Shown here piece by piece: positions 44,361 through 53,487 of a stretch of 64,000 nt of DNA (its first letter is position 1; each line of letters begins with the position of its first letter). The DNA is from a bacterium. GTDB lineage: Bacteria > Patescibacteriota > Minisyncoccia > UBA6257 > WO2-44-18. The notes beneath the pieces are model-generated. The model saw only the letters and a program-made list of their open reading frames with translations. It did not search any database and was not told the origin of the DNA. Location: contig JAHFLQ010000002.1 in assembly GCA_023244815.1 (NCBI GenBank), positions 6,994 to 70,993 of the forward strand, given 5' to 3'. Both the position numbers and the translations under genes were made by a program.

Positions 44361-46590
44361 GGCTTATTAATTCTACTAAATTATTAACCGTTCGTTCTAT
44401 TGAAAACTTCCCTGCTTTCTTCTTGGCATTTTCAGTAATGGACTCCCGGAATAACGGGTCGGAATCAATTTTTTTGATCGCGGCGATAATTTGTTCCTTA
44501 TTGTTAGGCTGCACAATAATGCCCTCCCTGCCATCCTCTATAAGTTCCGGAATGCTGCCGATCTTTGTGGCAACTATTGGCACACCCGCGTTCATCGCTT
44601 CCACTACTTGAAAAGAAAAGCTCTCAAAAGAAGTGTTCAGCACAAAAACCGACGCTTTCGATAAATATTTTTCCAATTCTTCTCTTGAGACAGCACCGGC
44701 TAATTGAATTTGATCTTGTAATTGGTAATTAGTAATTAGTAATTGGAGATTCGCCCGCTCCGGTCCGTCCCCAACAATCACCAGGCGCCAATCCGGTAAT
44801 TCTTTCATTATTTCTATTAAAACATCGAACCCTTTCCATGGAACCAACCTTCCAGCTGAAAGAATAGTTTTGTCTTTGCTTGCTACTTGCTGCCCACTGC
44901 TTGCTAATAAATTGATACCATTATAAATTACCTGAACCTTTTCCGGATTTTTTACCCAACCGCCAACAAGCTGTTGAAAATACTTGCTTGGCGTAATAAC
45001 AAGATCGGCTTGGCCAACTACAAATTTTTGAATTTTTCTCAAAAATTCCACTTTCAGACCATATTTATTTTTCTGAAAATCATCTATCGTATCTTTCACT
45101 CCAAATCTTTGCGCGGACTGCTCCCAGGCATAGTCACCAGCCACACGGATAAAGAATTTCTTACCTCTTAACCGCGCCGCGATTAAAGCCGGCAAGCCAA
45201 CGCTAGCGGGGTCTTGGGCATAAACAAAATCAAAGCCCTTTATTAATTTCCAGCAATTCCAAAAGTAGTATAGATGGCGAATAATTTTTGGTTTCTTCCT
45301 AAAATCGGTAAACGCCAAATGGCCCACCAAAAATCTACGCTTCGGCAACTCCTCTTCCAGCAGCTTAGTGTAGGTCGCTGGCCCGCCTATGTCCGGCGGA
45401 TAGATTCCGGTGGCAATCAAAATCCGATTTGTGGGCTGTAGGCTGTGCACTGTAAGCCTTTCAAAAAGGCTATTCATTTTTGAGGCAATACCGTCCCAAG
45501 AATAATTTTCCCGAACCAGCCTTTGGCCGTTTTGAGCGATTCTTTCCGCCAACTCCTGATCAGCGAAAAGTAAACTTATTTTTTCCGATAAATCTTTTGG
45601 GTTATCTATTGCACAAAAAAGGCCAGTGGCGCGATCTTTTAAAAAATCCGGTATGCCGCCAACTGGCGTACCAATCACCGGCAAACCGGCCGCCATCGCT
45701 TCCAGAAAAGAACTGCCCAGTCCCTCGGAGCGGGAGGCTCTTACAAAAAAATCGGCTTTTGCTAGATACTCCGGAACTTTTTCTGGATCTAGGTGGCCAA
45801 AAAACTTGACCCGATCCGCTACGCCCAACTCCGCCGCAAGTTTTTTCAACCCTTCCTCTTCGGGACCGCCGCCCAAAATTAGTAATTGGTAATTGGTAAT
45901 TGGTAATTGAGCGGCCGCTCTGATTAAAATATCCACTCCATTTTTATGAACCAATCGCGAAGTGGTGATAATAACTGGGCCGGCAATTTTTGACTTATCA
46001 TTTTTAACTTTTAATTTATCCAGAGCTACTCCATTCGGCACTACCTCGATTGGACAGCGCGCGCCATGGCGCCGAGCAAAATCGGCAAGATAATTACTGA
46101 TAGCTTGGATATGGTCCGCTTTTCTGAAAATCCAACGCCAAAATGGATAAAAAATGCCTACCCGTTTTAAAATATAGATTTCGGAATCTCCCTCCTGAAG
46201 CGTCAGCAAAAATGGAACTTCCGGATGCCGTAGTTTAAATAATAGCGCTGACAGACCGGCATAAGCCGCCATTATGCTCCAAATCGCTTTAAAAGGCTTT
46301 TGTTTATGAATACGCTCTGCCGCGCGCCAGGCCAGGAAAACATAAATAAGCTTTGAAAAAAACCCGCCATAATATTGGCCATCCTTTCTGCCCGCTCCAA
46401 GACGAACGACCGAGATATTGGCATCGTTCTCTATGTCCGGCCAGCGGGCGTCAAATTTTTTAGTTAAAATTATAAATTCAGTCTTGGAAACATGTCTGGC
46501 AATTTCCCGCACAGCGACCTCTGCTCCTCCTACAAAAGGCGCGTAAGCAAGACTAAAAACCGCAATCCCTTCCTTGCGCGAAGAAATCAT
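44344..46590 (-). CDS. Double-module GT4 glycosyltransferase (748 aa)
   Basis: Module 1 has LLILGGGPEEEGLKKLAAELGVADRVKFFGHL...SEGLGSSFLEAMAAGLPVIGT. Module 2 has IVGDGPERANLQLLITNYQLQ...ESFSFQVVEAMNAGVPIVAT. It contains two heptamer tracts. Confidence 0.65.
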   Translation of the reverse strand: MISSRKEGIAVFSLAYAPFVGGAEVAVREIARHVSKTEFIILTKKFDARWPDIENDANISVVRLGAGRKDGQYYGGFFSKLIYVFLAWRAAERIHKQKPFKAIWSIMAAYAGLSALLFKLRHPEVPFLLTLQEGDSEIYILKRVGIFYPFWRWIFRKADHIQAISNYLADFARRHGARCPIEVVPNGVALDKLKVKNDKSKIAGPVIITTSRLVHKNGVDILIRAAAQLPITNYQLLILGGGPEEEGLKKLAAELGVADRVKFFGHLDPEKVPEYLAKADFFVRASRSEGLGSSFLEAMAAGLPVIGTPVGGIPDFLKDRATGLFCAIDNPKDLSEKISLLFADQELAERIAQNGQRLVRENYSWDGIASKMNSLFERLTVHSLQPTNRILIATGIYPPDIGGPATYTKLLEEELPKRRFLVGHLAFTDFRKKPKIIRHLYYFWNCWKLIKGFDFVYAQDPASVGLPALIAARLRGKKFFIRVAGDYAWEQSAQRFGVKDTIDDFQKNKYGLKVEFLRKIQKFVVGQADLVITPSKYFQQLVGGWVKNPEKVQVIYNGINLLASSGQQVASKDKTILSAGRLVPWKGFDVLIEIMKELPDWRLVIVGDGPERANLQLLITNYQLQDQIQLAGAVSREELEKYLSKASVFVLNTSFESFSFQVVEAMNAGVPIVATKIGSIPELIEDGREGIIVQPNNKEQIIAAIKKIDSDPLFRESITENAKKKAGKFSIERTVNNLVELISHASGR
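44718..44745. repeat. Tandem heptanucleotide tract (GTAATTR) x4 inside a coding sequence
   Basis: gtaattg gtaatta gtaatta gtaattg. It encodes LQLLITNYQL. Confidence 0.9.
45882..45909. repeat. Perfect tandem heptanucleotide tract (GTAATTG) x4, with a fifth degenerate unit, inside a coding sequence
   Basis: gtaattg x4 at 45882-45909, preceded by aaaatta. It encodes QLPITNYQLLIL, placed before the GGGPE motif rather than after it. Confidence 0.9.
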
Positions 46591-47684
46591 GACAGATAAA
46601 CTCGCTCTGTTTCCTGAACCATTCTAGAAAGTGTAAGTCTTCGCCGTAAAAATTGCCCAGCGCCTGTAGAAAATTTTCTGGCTTCTTCCGGATGCTCCAG
46701 ATAATACCTAATCGCTCGCGTGATTTCCTCCGGTTCCCCGGGTGGCATCACTAGGCCGCGATCCTGGACAATTTCGGTCATGCCGCCAACTCGGGTTACG
46801 ATTATCGGAACATCCGCCGCCATTGCTTCCAGCATAGTATAAGGCAGACCCTCTTTGATAGAAGTTAGAAGAAAAACATCAAAAGCTTTTAAATACGGGG
46901 CGGCGGGAGCTAATTTCTCCGCTATAAAACACCGATTGCCCAAACCAAGTTTTTTAATTCTTGCTCGCAGTTTTAGCAATTCATATCCGGAACCAATAAT
47001 AAAAAAGTTGGCGTTCGGCAAAAGCGCCGCCGCCTCTAGAAAGGTTCCGTAATCTTTTTCCACAACTAAACGGCCGACAGAGCCAATCCACACGCTTTTC
47101 TCATCAACCGGCGCACCGGTTATTTTTTTAAGGACACGGCGGGCTTCGGATCTTCCGATAAAATTTATCGGCGCAATACCGTTATACACGGTTACCAGTT
47201 TTTCCGGCTGGGCGATGCGATTCTGTATGGCCAATTGGGAATCATAATCGGAAACCGAAATTATGGCATCCTGAAAACGGGCGGCTATTTTATGAAGCAG
47301 TACGTAAAAACGCCGTCGCAACCAGCTTAGCCGATTGCTGGGATTAAATACCCACCCATGGGCGGTAAAAATCACTCGCGGCACTCCGGCAAATTTTGCC
47401 GCCATCGCACCAATCACACCGGCCTTAGAGCTGTTAAGATGGATGATGTCTGGTTTTTCGCGGCGGAAAATAAAAACTAGCTCCAAAAGAGCGAGGAGAT
47501 CGTTAACAAAAAGAAAGTACGGACGGATCGAGTTAGAAAGAAAGCGCAAGCCATTTTTCCCACCCATTAAAACCTTGACCTGAAATTTCTGGGGATTCAG
47601 AGATTCCGCCAATTCTCGGACATATTTTTGGGCGCCCCCGACGTCGTCCTTGGTAATGACAAAAAGAACTCTTTGCATGTACAT
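46587..47684 (-). CDS. GT4-family glycosyltransferase
   Basis: 365 aa. KEGLPYTMLEAMAADVPIIVT (EX7E) and an N-terminal GT4 domain. No heptamer tract. Confidence 0.65.
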   Translation of the reverse strand: MYMQRVLFVITKDDVGGAQKYVRELAESLNPQKFQVKVLMGGKNGLRFLSNSIRPYFLFVNDLLALLELVFIFRREKPDIIHLNSSKAGVIGAMAAKFAGVPRVIFTAHGWVFNPSNRLSWLRRRFYVLLHKIAARFQDAIISVSDYDSQLAIQNRIAQPEKLVTVYNGIAPINFIGRSEARRVLKKITGAPVDEKSVWIGSVGRLVVEKDYGTFLEAAALLPNANFFIIGSGYELLKLRARIKKLGLGNRCFIAEKLAPAAPYLKAFDVFLLTSIKEGLPYTMLEAMAADVPIIVTRVGGMTEIVQDRGLVMPPGEPEEITRAIRYYLEHPEEARKFSTGAGQFLRRRLTLSRMVQETERVYLS

Positions 47685-47724
47685 CTAATATAACTGGGCG
47701 CCGCAAATTATAGTTACGGAATAC

Positions 47725-48513
47725 TTAATTGGCGCTTAGCGTCGCTACTTCTTCTTTAAAAGCCTCTTGCTGGGCGCCACTGATTAGCGGCGATTTTAAC
47801 AATTGTGAAAATCGTTGAATCGCGTTTTCTTTATCGCCAATTGATTTATAGTAATATGCCAAGTCTATTATAATATTCGGATCGCTCGGAATATTTTTTA
47901 GCCCATCCAATAATACATCGTCAACCAGTCCGTATTTCTCTTTATAAGCATCCCGATAAAACATGGCTAGTCCCAAATAAAAATCTGGTAGCGTAGGAGT
48001 TAATTGAATGGCTTTTTGGAAGTTGTCTTCCGCTCTTTTGAAGTCGCTTAAGTAAAAACCATAAAGATTGCCTAAATTGTAATGGTTCATCGCGTCAGAA
48101 GGTTTAATGACGTTCAAATACTCCCAAGCGTCTCGCGAGCCCACGTAGTTATCGAAGGATTTTTTAATTAAACCGATATCGGTCCATCGCTCTGCCTGAA
48201 TCGGATTTTTATTAACCGCTTCCGCTAATTCCAAGAGTATCGCGCGTTTTTTCTCCACAAATTCCTTTGGATATTTAGCTAGAATCTCTGGACTCCCAAG
48301 ATAATTCAGGGCCTGGCCTTTATATTTTGGACCAACCGGCTTCTCTGCTGGGATTGGATTGGGCGTTGACGTCGCGTTGTCGAATATTGAAACAGGAGAA
48401 TTGCCGGAGTCGGCAATAACTTTGGTTTGCTTAATGGAATTAAAAATAAATAATCCACCGCCAATCGCGACTACTCCAAAAGTTAGCAGTAAGAATATAA
48501 GTCTTTTAGACAT
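47725..48513 (-). CDS. Membrane-anchored TPR-repeat protein
   Basis: 262 aa. The N-terminus is a TM segment (LIFLLLTFGVVAIGGGLFIF). The C-terminal half has TPR-like repeats (AEDNFQKAIQL, YLGLAMFY). Confidence 0.5.
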   Translation of the reverse strand: MSKRLIFLLLTFGVVAIGGGLFIFNSIKQTKVIADSGNSPVSIFDNATSTPNPIPAEKPVGPKYKGQALNYLGSPEILAKYPKEFVEKKRAILLELAEAVNKNPIQAERWTDIGLIKKSFDNYVGSRDAWEYLNVIKPSDAMNHYNLGNLYGFYLSDFKRAEDNFQKAIQLTPTLPDFYLGLAMFYRDAYKEKYGLVDDVLLDGLKNIPSDPNIIIDLAYYYKSIGDKENAIQRFSQLLKSPLISGAQQEAFKEEVATLSAN

Positions 48514-48564
48514 CGAGGTTATTTAAACAAATAATTGCTCAAAACGCAACTACCCGCTTGAACC

Positions 48565-48594
48565 AAAACCCCCCGATATATATCGGGGGGTTTT
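48565..48594. terminator. Perfect 30-nt palindrome terminator at the 3' end of the giant gene
   Basis: aaaaccccccgatat|atatcggggggtttt has a G/C core with A/T tracts on both arms. Confidence 0.65.
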
Positions 48595-48629
48595 GTACTC
48601 AAGTAAGGGTCTCAAGCACCTTACCAGGG

Positions 48630-51600
48630 TTAGCTCTTGGTTAGCGTTTCAGCAACTCCGGTGTCGGTATTGCTCAAGCCTGGCACTAGGAAGCCGTCGA
48701 ACCAGTCATATGATTCAATGCTCTGACCAGTGCTAGTTGAGTTACCAGACCAGATGAAGTCGTTGTCCACCCAAGAATCGATTGCCCAAACAGTCGTAGC
48801 GAATGAGTAGCCTTTGGTTGTCCAATCATCCTGATTGTTGATGTGGAACGCGCCAATGTTGGTCGCTTCGGTATGAGTACCCGCGGAGAACGTACCATCG
48901 CCTTGCATCTTGACTGAGATACTCGTGGTGGTAGTAGCATTCGCGATGTCTCCTAGCAACTCGAAGTACTTGGTCGTACCGGCATCAATCCTGATAGCTT
49001 CTGACGTTTGGCCGCTAGAAGCCGTCGGGTTGAAGTAGACCGGGAAGTCAACGTCTGGAGAGCCGTCTTGTACCAAGCCATCACCCTGCGCGTCACCATC
49101 GTCATCGCCATCACTGGAACTGCTTATAGGCGCGGTGGTCATATCAGAGGAAGTAGAACCGAAGTCTTGGTTTGCGTTATTGCCATCGGCAATCGCGAGA
49201 CTAAACTGGTTCAATGTACCGCTGGTATTGCCGCAAGACGGGGTAACGAACGCATCCGCGTAACATTTCACCACAAAGTTGCTAACCGTCATCTGACCAG
49301 TGGCGCTCGGAGTATCGCCAACAGCCGTACCGTTAGTCGCTTTTGGCAACTCGGTTATACCGTTAACGGAGGTCGCGACGTTGAAGGTGAACTTGTACAA
49401 GCTGATGCCATTGCCGCTGGCCGGAGCAGTCACGCTAAACCTATACAAAGATTTAGATGAAGCCGATTGACCAAAGGTGTTGCTTGGCAAGGTGAGTTTA
49501 GTAACCGTCGGAACAGACCTTGCGATTCTGGCGCCGTTAGTGTTGGAATCAGAACCTCCTGAACCAACTGCCACGCCGGAAGACATACCAACTCCAGTAG
49601 CACCTCTCTGACAGCTGGTATTCACGCCGCCGGAGCAGTTGCTGGAATTGCTGGCGTCATAGTTAATGAGCGCCAAGTGACCAGGCCGCGCCGGACCGCT
49701 GGTGTAAATCCCACCGATGTCAGCCTTAACAGTCAGAAGTTTCTGACCGTTCTTAGGCACAACAACGCCGGAAAGTGTGGCGGTAGCATAATCAGTTGAA
49801 GAGAAGACCGCTTCGCCTACCTTTTGCTGTCCGACAGGAAGTGACATATCCCAAACAGTTACCTTTGTCAGGTCTGACGGGGTGTTGGACGCATAGGTAT
49901 CGGCAGAAGCAGTGGAAGTACCAAGCTGGAGGCCTAGAGTGTTGATGCTGATGTCCTCGTTCGTAGCATTGAACCGGAAGACAGCCAAAGCATTATCCGT
50001 AGATCCCGCTTGTACCCACTTCAAAGACGGACTGGATGAATCTAGAGCAAAGGCAAGGGTACCGCTGGTGGCAGCCGCTATAACACGGCCGTCATTTCCA
50101 GTAATAGCATCAGATCCATCAACGCTCTGGCCGGAAGTCATTCCAGTCGCGTTAAGAGATGCGTCAGCATCGGTAATACCCCAATTCCATTGACCGCTAG
50201 CGTTAGCACCGGAAACAAGGTTGCATTTCATAGATATCGTCTTAACTGTCCCTTTCGGAACGATTAAGCCTGTATCCAGGTTAAATGTCTTGTTAGCCGC
50301 GCTGGAATCGCTGTTGGAAGGATTGACGACATTGCCACCGGTGTTTAGAACGGTGTTGCCATCATACAACTGACAGTTGGTCAGATCATCAGCCGTATTA
50401 GACGAGCTGAAGGTATTTCTCAACTGTAAGCTGTTCACTCTAATATCTTCACCAGAACCGCTGGCATCCAATACATAGTCGGTGAACTTGTAGCCACTCG
50501 TGCCAGCAACAACTGTCTGGGCACTCGTGCTAGCATTGCTCCCCTGTTGAGTTTCTGCAGAGAGAGTGAAGGTCAAAGAAGCTGCTTTAACCGTCATTGT
50601 ACTCATCGTAACAGCACTCGCAGGAGTCGGAGTAATAGTCACGCCAGAAGTTGAGCCTCGAACAGTGGTCCAGTCAGCATTAGGAGTCGTGGAAGCGGCA
50701 ATAGTATCGTTGCTTCCAAGATCGGTGCCAACCTTACCTTTCAAGGTGTAAACGTGCCTGCCGGGGCGGAAGGTTACGGTATCGGTGAACCGAATAGCAT
50801 TATTGCCACCAGCTACACCATCAACCGGACCAGCAACCACTTTGCCAGTATCATCAACTAAAGTGATGTTTGTGACATCGTTGGTTTCCACTGAACCGCC
50901 AGTATCCGTATCGTCAATCGCGCTCATATCGAAGTTCATTGCCGCAACGGTAATGTCTTCGCCCTTGACGTCAATGATCAAACCGCCCAATGGCTGGTTT
51001 GGAAGGCTGACGGCAACGTTTTGCGCGCCAACAGTCGGAGCGTTTTGAGCGTTGATTGTACCCGCATCAATGTAGGCCTGCGAAGCGTCATAGCGAGGCT
51101 CCGCATTCTGGAATTCGCTGTCATCAGCAGTAGTCGTTGTGCCGCCTTCAGCTGAGGATGGCAGAACGTCATAGCCATAGGTCAAACCCTGAGCTTGCAA
51201 GTCCGAGTAACGGTACAAGTCAAAGTCAACCGTACGAGCGGAACCGCTAACAACATCACCCTTGACATACATTTCCTTATTAAGACCTTTTTCGATCTTA
51301 ATACCACTGCTAAATTTAGCAGTGTAATATTTGCCATCGGAGCTGACGGTAGTGTCATAGGACACACCGTCAAGAACGACTTTTACATTAGCGAGGTCGT
51401 TAAGGCTCGCTGAACCGGACTGGTTCCATTTTATTGACTTCACCAAAATATCTTCGTTGGTGCTGGCAGTTAATCTAATGCCGGAGAAAATGTAGCCCAC
51501 AGTGCCGATCTCTTTAGTCAAACCGGCGCTTGGATCATACGATCCCTTGGCAAGAGTTAAGCCACCAATAGCCAACGTGCTGTTGACCGTCATTAAGCTG

Positions 51601-52457
51601 CCGGTCAACGGGAAGCCAGCGTTAACAGCCGCGCCGGAGGTTTCTACACCTACCAAGCTTAAGCTGACTAACTGACCATTGTAGTCATTCTGGTCGCTGT
51701 CGGAATCACCAGCTAAGGTAATGGTCTTAGTCTGGCCAGCCTTAACAACGAATGATTCGGTTAAGCGAAGGCGGTGATCAGAGCCAAATGTCTTAGATGT
51801 TCCCTGTCGAATTCCATCTTCGTCCAGGTAGACGACTCCGGAGAAAGCACTGTCAGAACCCTGGCCAGTCCTTTCTAGCGTCATGGCTTTAACAGTAACG
51901 TCACCGTCGGCCGATGCGGTAAACCGCAATTTAGTAAACGGCCGGCTGGCAAACGATTCGCCGAACAAGCCGGTAGCCGGCTGATCAGCGGCTAGCATAA
52001 CGGATAGTCCCGTCCCTGATACAGGAGTCGTGGTCGGGGTCGGAGCTGGACCACCCGCTACCATTGAAGCGTATTTAGCTCGAGACTTCGCTCCAAAGTA
52101 ACCGGCGGTCGGGGAAACGCTGTTATCCGACTGCCACTTTGAAACCGCGGCCTGTGTAATCGGGCCGAAGTAGCCGGAAGTTGGGGAAACTTTCAGATAT
52201 GTCTGCAAGCACTTCACGTCATCGCCCTTAACGCCCACGGTGAGGTCGCGGGAGAAAGAACAGGCGGCGGAAGAGCTCGGACTCTGAGAGGCCAACTGGG
52301 CCTGCAAAGCAGCAATTTGAGATAACAAAGCGTTGATCTGGGCCTGCAAGTCCGTAGTTTGCGCGTTGGCAATCGGAACGAACATCGCAAAACCAGAAAT
52401 CCATACAGCGGTAGTCGCGGAAAGCAACACCGATGTAATTTTGTTTGTTATATTCAT
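48630..52457 (-). CDS. Giant secreted Thr/Ser/Gly/Asp-rich surface protein (1275 aa) with an N-terminal peptidoglycan-binding-like domain. It is a candidate S-layer or adhesin and a candidate glycosylation substrate.
   Basis: Signal peptide MNITNKITSVLLSATTAVWISGFAMFVPIANA. A PG_binding-like region (CLQTYLKV...GYFGPITQAAVSKWQ) follows. The next ~1100 aa are low-complexity beta-rich T/S/G/A/D/N sequence. G+C is elevated because of Thr/Ala/Gly codons. Confidence 0.6.
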   Translation of the reverse strand: MNITNKITSVLLSATTAVWISGFAMFVPIANAQTTDLQAQINALLSQIAALQAQLASQSPSSSAACSFSRDLTVGVKGDDVKCLQTYLKVSPTSGYFGPITQAAVSKWQSDNSVSPTAGYFGAKSRAKYASMVAGGPAPTPTTTPVSGTGLSVMLAADQPATGLFGESFASRPFTKLRFTASADGDVTVKAMTLERTGQGSDSAFSGVVYLDEDGIRQGTSKTFGSDHRLRLTESFVVKAGQTKTITLAGDSDSDQNDYNGQLVSLSLVGVETSGAAVNAGFPLTGSLMTVNSTLAIGGLTLAKGSYDPSAGLTKEIGTVGYIFSGIRLTASTNEDILVKSIKWNQSGSASLNDLANVKVVLDGVSYDTTVSSDGKYYTAKFSSGIKIEKGLNKEMYVKGDVVSGSARTVDFDLYRYSDLQAQGLTYGYDVLPSSAEGGTTTTADDSEFQNAEPRYDASQAYIDAGTINAQNAPTVGAQNVAVSLPNQPLGGLIIDVKGEDITVAAMNFDMSAIDDTDTGGSVETNDVTNITLVDDTGKVVAGPVDGVAGGNNAIRFTDTVTFRPGRHVYTLKGKVGTDLGSNDTIAASTTPNADWTTVRGSTSGVTITPTPASAVTMSTMTVKAASLTFTLSAETQQGSNASTSAQTVVAGTSGYKFTDYVLDASGSGEDIRVNSLQLRNTFSSSNTADDLTNCQLYDGNTVLNTGGNVVNPSNSDSSAANKTFNLDTGLIVPKGTVKTISMKCNLVSGANASGQWNWGITDADASLNATGMTSGQSVDGSDAITGNDGRVIAAATSGTLAFALDSSSPSLKWVQAGSTDNALAVFRFNATNEDISINTLGLQLGTSTASADTYASNTPSDLTKVTVWDMSLPVGQQKVGEAVFSSTDYATATLSGVVVPKNGQKLLTVKADIGGIYTSGPARPGHLALINYDASNSSNCSGGVNTSCQRGATGVGMSSGVAVGSGGSDSNTNGARIARSVPTVTKLTLPSNTFGQSASSKSLYRFSVTAPASGNGISLYKFTFNVATSVNGITELPKATNGTAVGDTPSATGQMTVSNFVVKCYADAFVTPSCGNTSGTLNQFSLAIADGNNANQDFGSTSSDMTTAPISSSSDGDDDGDAQGDGLVQDGSPDVDFPVYFNPTASSGQTSEAIRIDAGTTKYFELLGDIANATTTTSISVKMQGDGTFSAGTHTEATNIGAFHINNQDDWTTKGYSFATTVWAIDSWVDNDFIWSGNSTSTGQSIESYDWFDGFLVPGLSNTDTGVAETLTKS

Positions 52458-52827
52458 TGAATAATTATTTTTGACCTTAAACTAACTTTATTTGTTTGTA
52501 ATTACTTTCGTCAAAATTGCTTCCTATCTTACTCTTATCGCTTAGGCGACAGAGAATCGACCTCGATAGAACAGCCAATCTTGTTTTCTTTTTAAGATTG
52601 CTTAGCTTATGCAATGACTTTTTTACTTGTTCGAATTTCTCTATTTGTGAGGAATAAAAAAACTCTCCCATATATGGGAGGGCCGGAAAAGATACGTCGT
52701 TATATCGACATCCCGAAGTATCAGTATTGAATGACCCGGCCTCACCCAAAGTCATTACACATAATATAACGACCTAAAAAGTAGTTTATTACGGCAATTT
52801 TGGGGCTAGCAAATGCGGCAAATACGC

Positions 52828-53460
52828 CTATTTAAGCACATAATAACTACCAGGCCCGCCATTGCCAATACGCTCAATTAAGCTCTGACTGCAAAGTTTT
52901 TGGAGGTCATAACGCATAGTCCTTTCGCTAACTTCCGGAAATGCGGCAAGTATCTCTTTAAGTTGAATTTGCCGATTTGCCGATTGCCGAATTTTCTCTA
53001 AAATTGCCGATTGCCTGATTGCCGAGGCAAGGCCATTTCCATTGACATTAGGCCCATTACCATTTTCTTCTGTGATGATCGTTGGACCATTGTCATATTC
53101 TTTCTTTTGAGAAATAACCGCTGGAACCTTAGAGAAAAATCTTCCTAGATCGGGGGCTTCTTCGGTTTCAGAGTCATCTAAGCCAACCAGCTGCCTAATG
53201 GCCGAATTCAAAGACTCTAACTCACCAATAATTATATTTGCGTTTACCGGCTCTACTTCATAAATTGCCCGGCCCAACCCAATCAGACTTTCAAGGCTGG
53301 CAATCGTCTTGAGTGCCAATTCAAAACTTTCAGAAGATGTCTCCTCTAGTAATTGGAAAGCTAATCTTTCCATTCTGTGCCTTAATTCTGGCCGTCGAAT
53401 ATATGGAGAAATTTTTACAAGCGCGTAGCTTATTTCCTGGGATTTTTGATTAATAAACAT
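52828..53460 (-). CDS. Putative transcriptional regulator with a C-terminal winged-helix (DeoR/Fic-accessory-like) DNA-binding domain
   Basis: 210 aa. The C-terminus NRQIQLKEILAAFPEVSERTMRYDLQKLCSQSLIERIGNGGPGSYYVL is HTH-like. It lies directly upstream of the giant surface-protein gene on the same strand. Confidence 0.4.
   Translation of the reverse strand: MFINQKSQEISYALVKISPYIRRPELRHRMERLAFQLLEETSSESFELALKTIASLESLIGLGRAIYEVEPVNANIIIGELESLNSAIRQLVGLDDSETEEAPDLGRFFSKVPAVISQKKEYDNGPTIITEENGNGPNVNGNGLASAIRQSAILEKIRQSANRQIQLKEILAAFPEVSERTMRYDLQKLCSQSLIERIGNGGPGSYYVLK
52967..53027. repeat. Imperfect 7-8-nt tandem repeats (ATTTGCCG / ATTGCCG) inside the regulator coding sequence
   Basis: atttgccg atttgccg attgccg ...aattgccg attgcct gattgccg. 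It encodes SAIRQSAI...IRQSANRQI. Confidence 0.7.
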
Positions 53461-53487
53461 TACCCAAGAAATACTAATAGGTAGTAT

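Noticed and set aside
52621-52650. GTTCGAAT T-loop-like motif, suggesting a tRNA
   Set aside because: The flanking bases do not form a T-stem. No acceptor or D/anticodon arms can be built on either strand.
52477-52755. 92-aa minus-strand ORF in the leader of the giant gene
   Set aside because: Low-complexity Lys/Ser-rich translation with no RBS context. It overlaps inverted repeats better explained as RNA structure.
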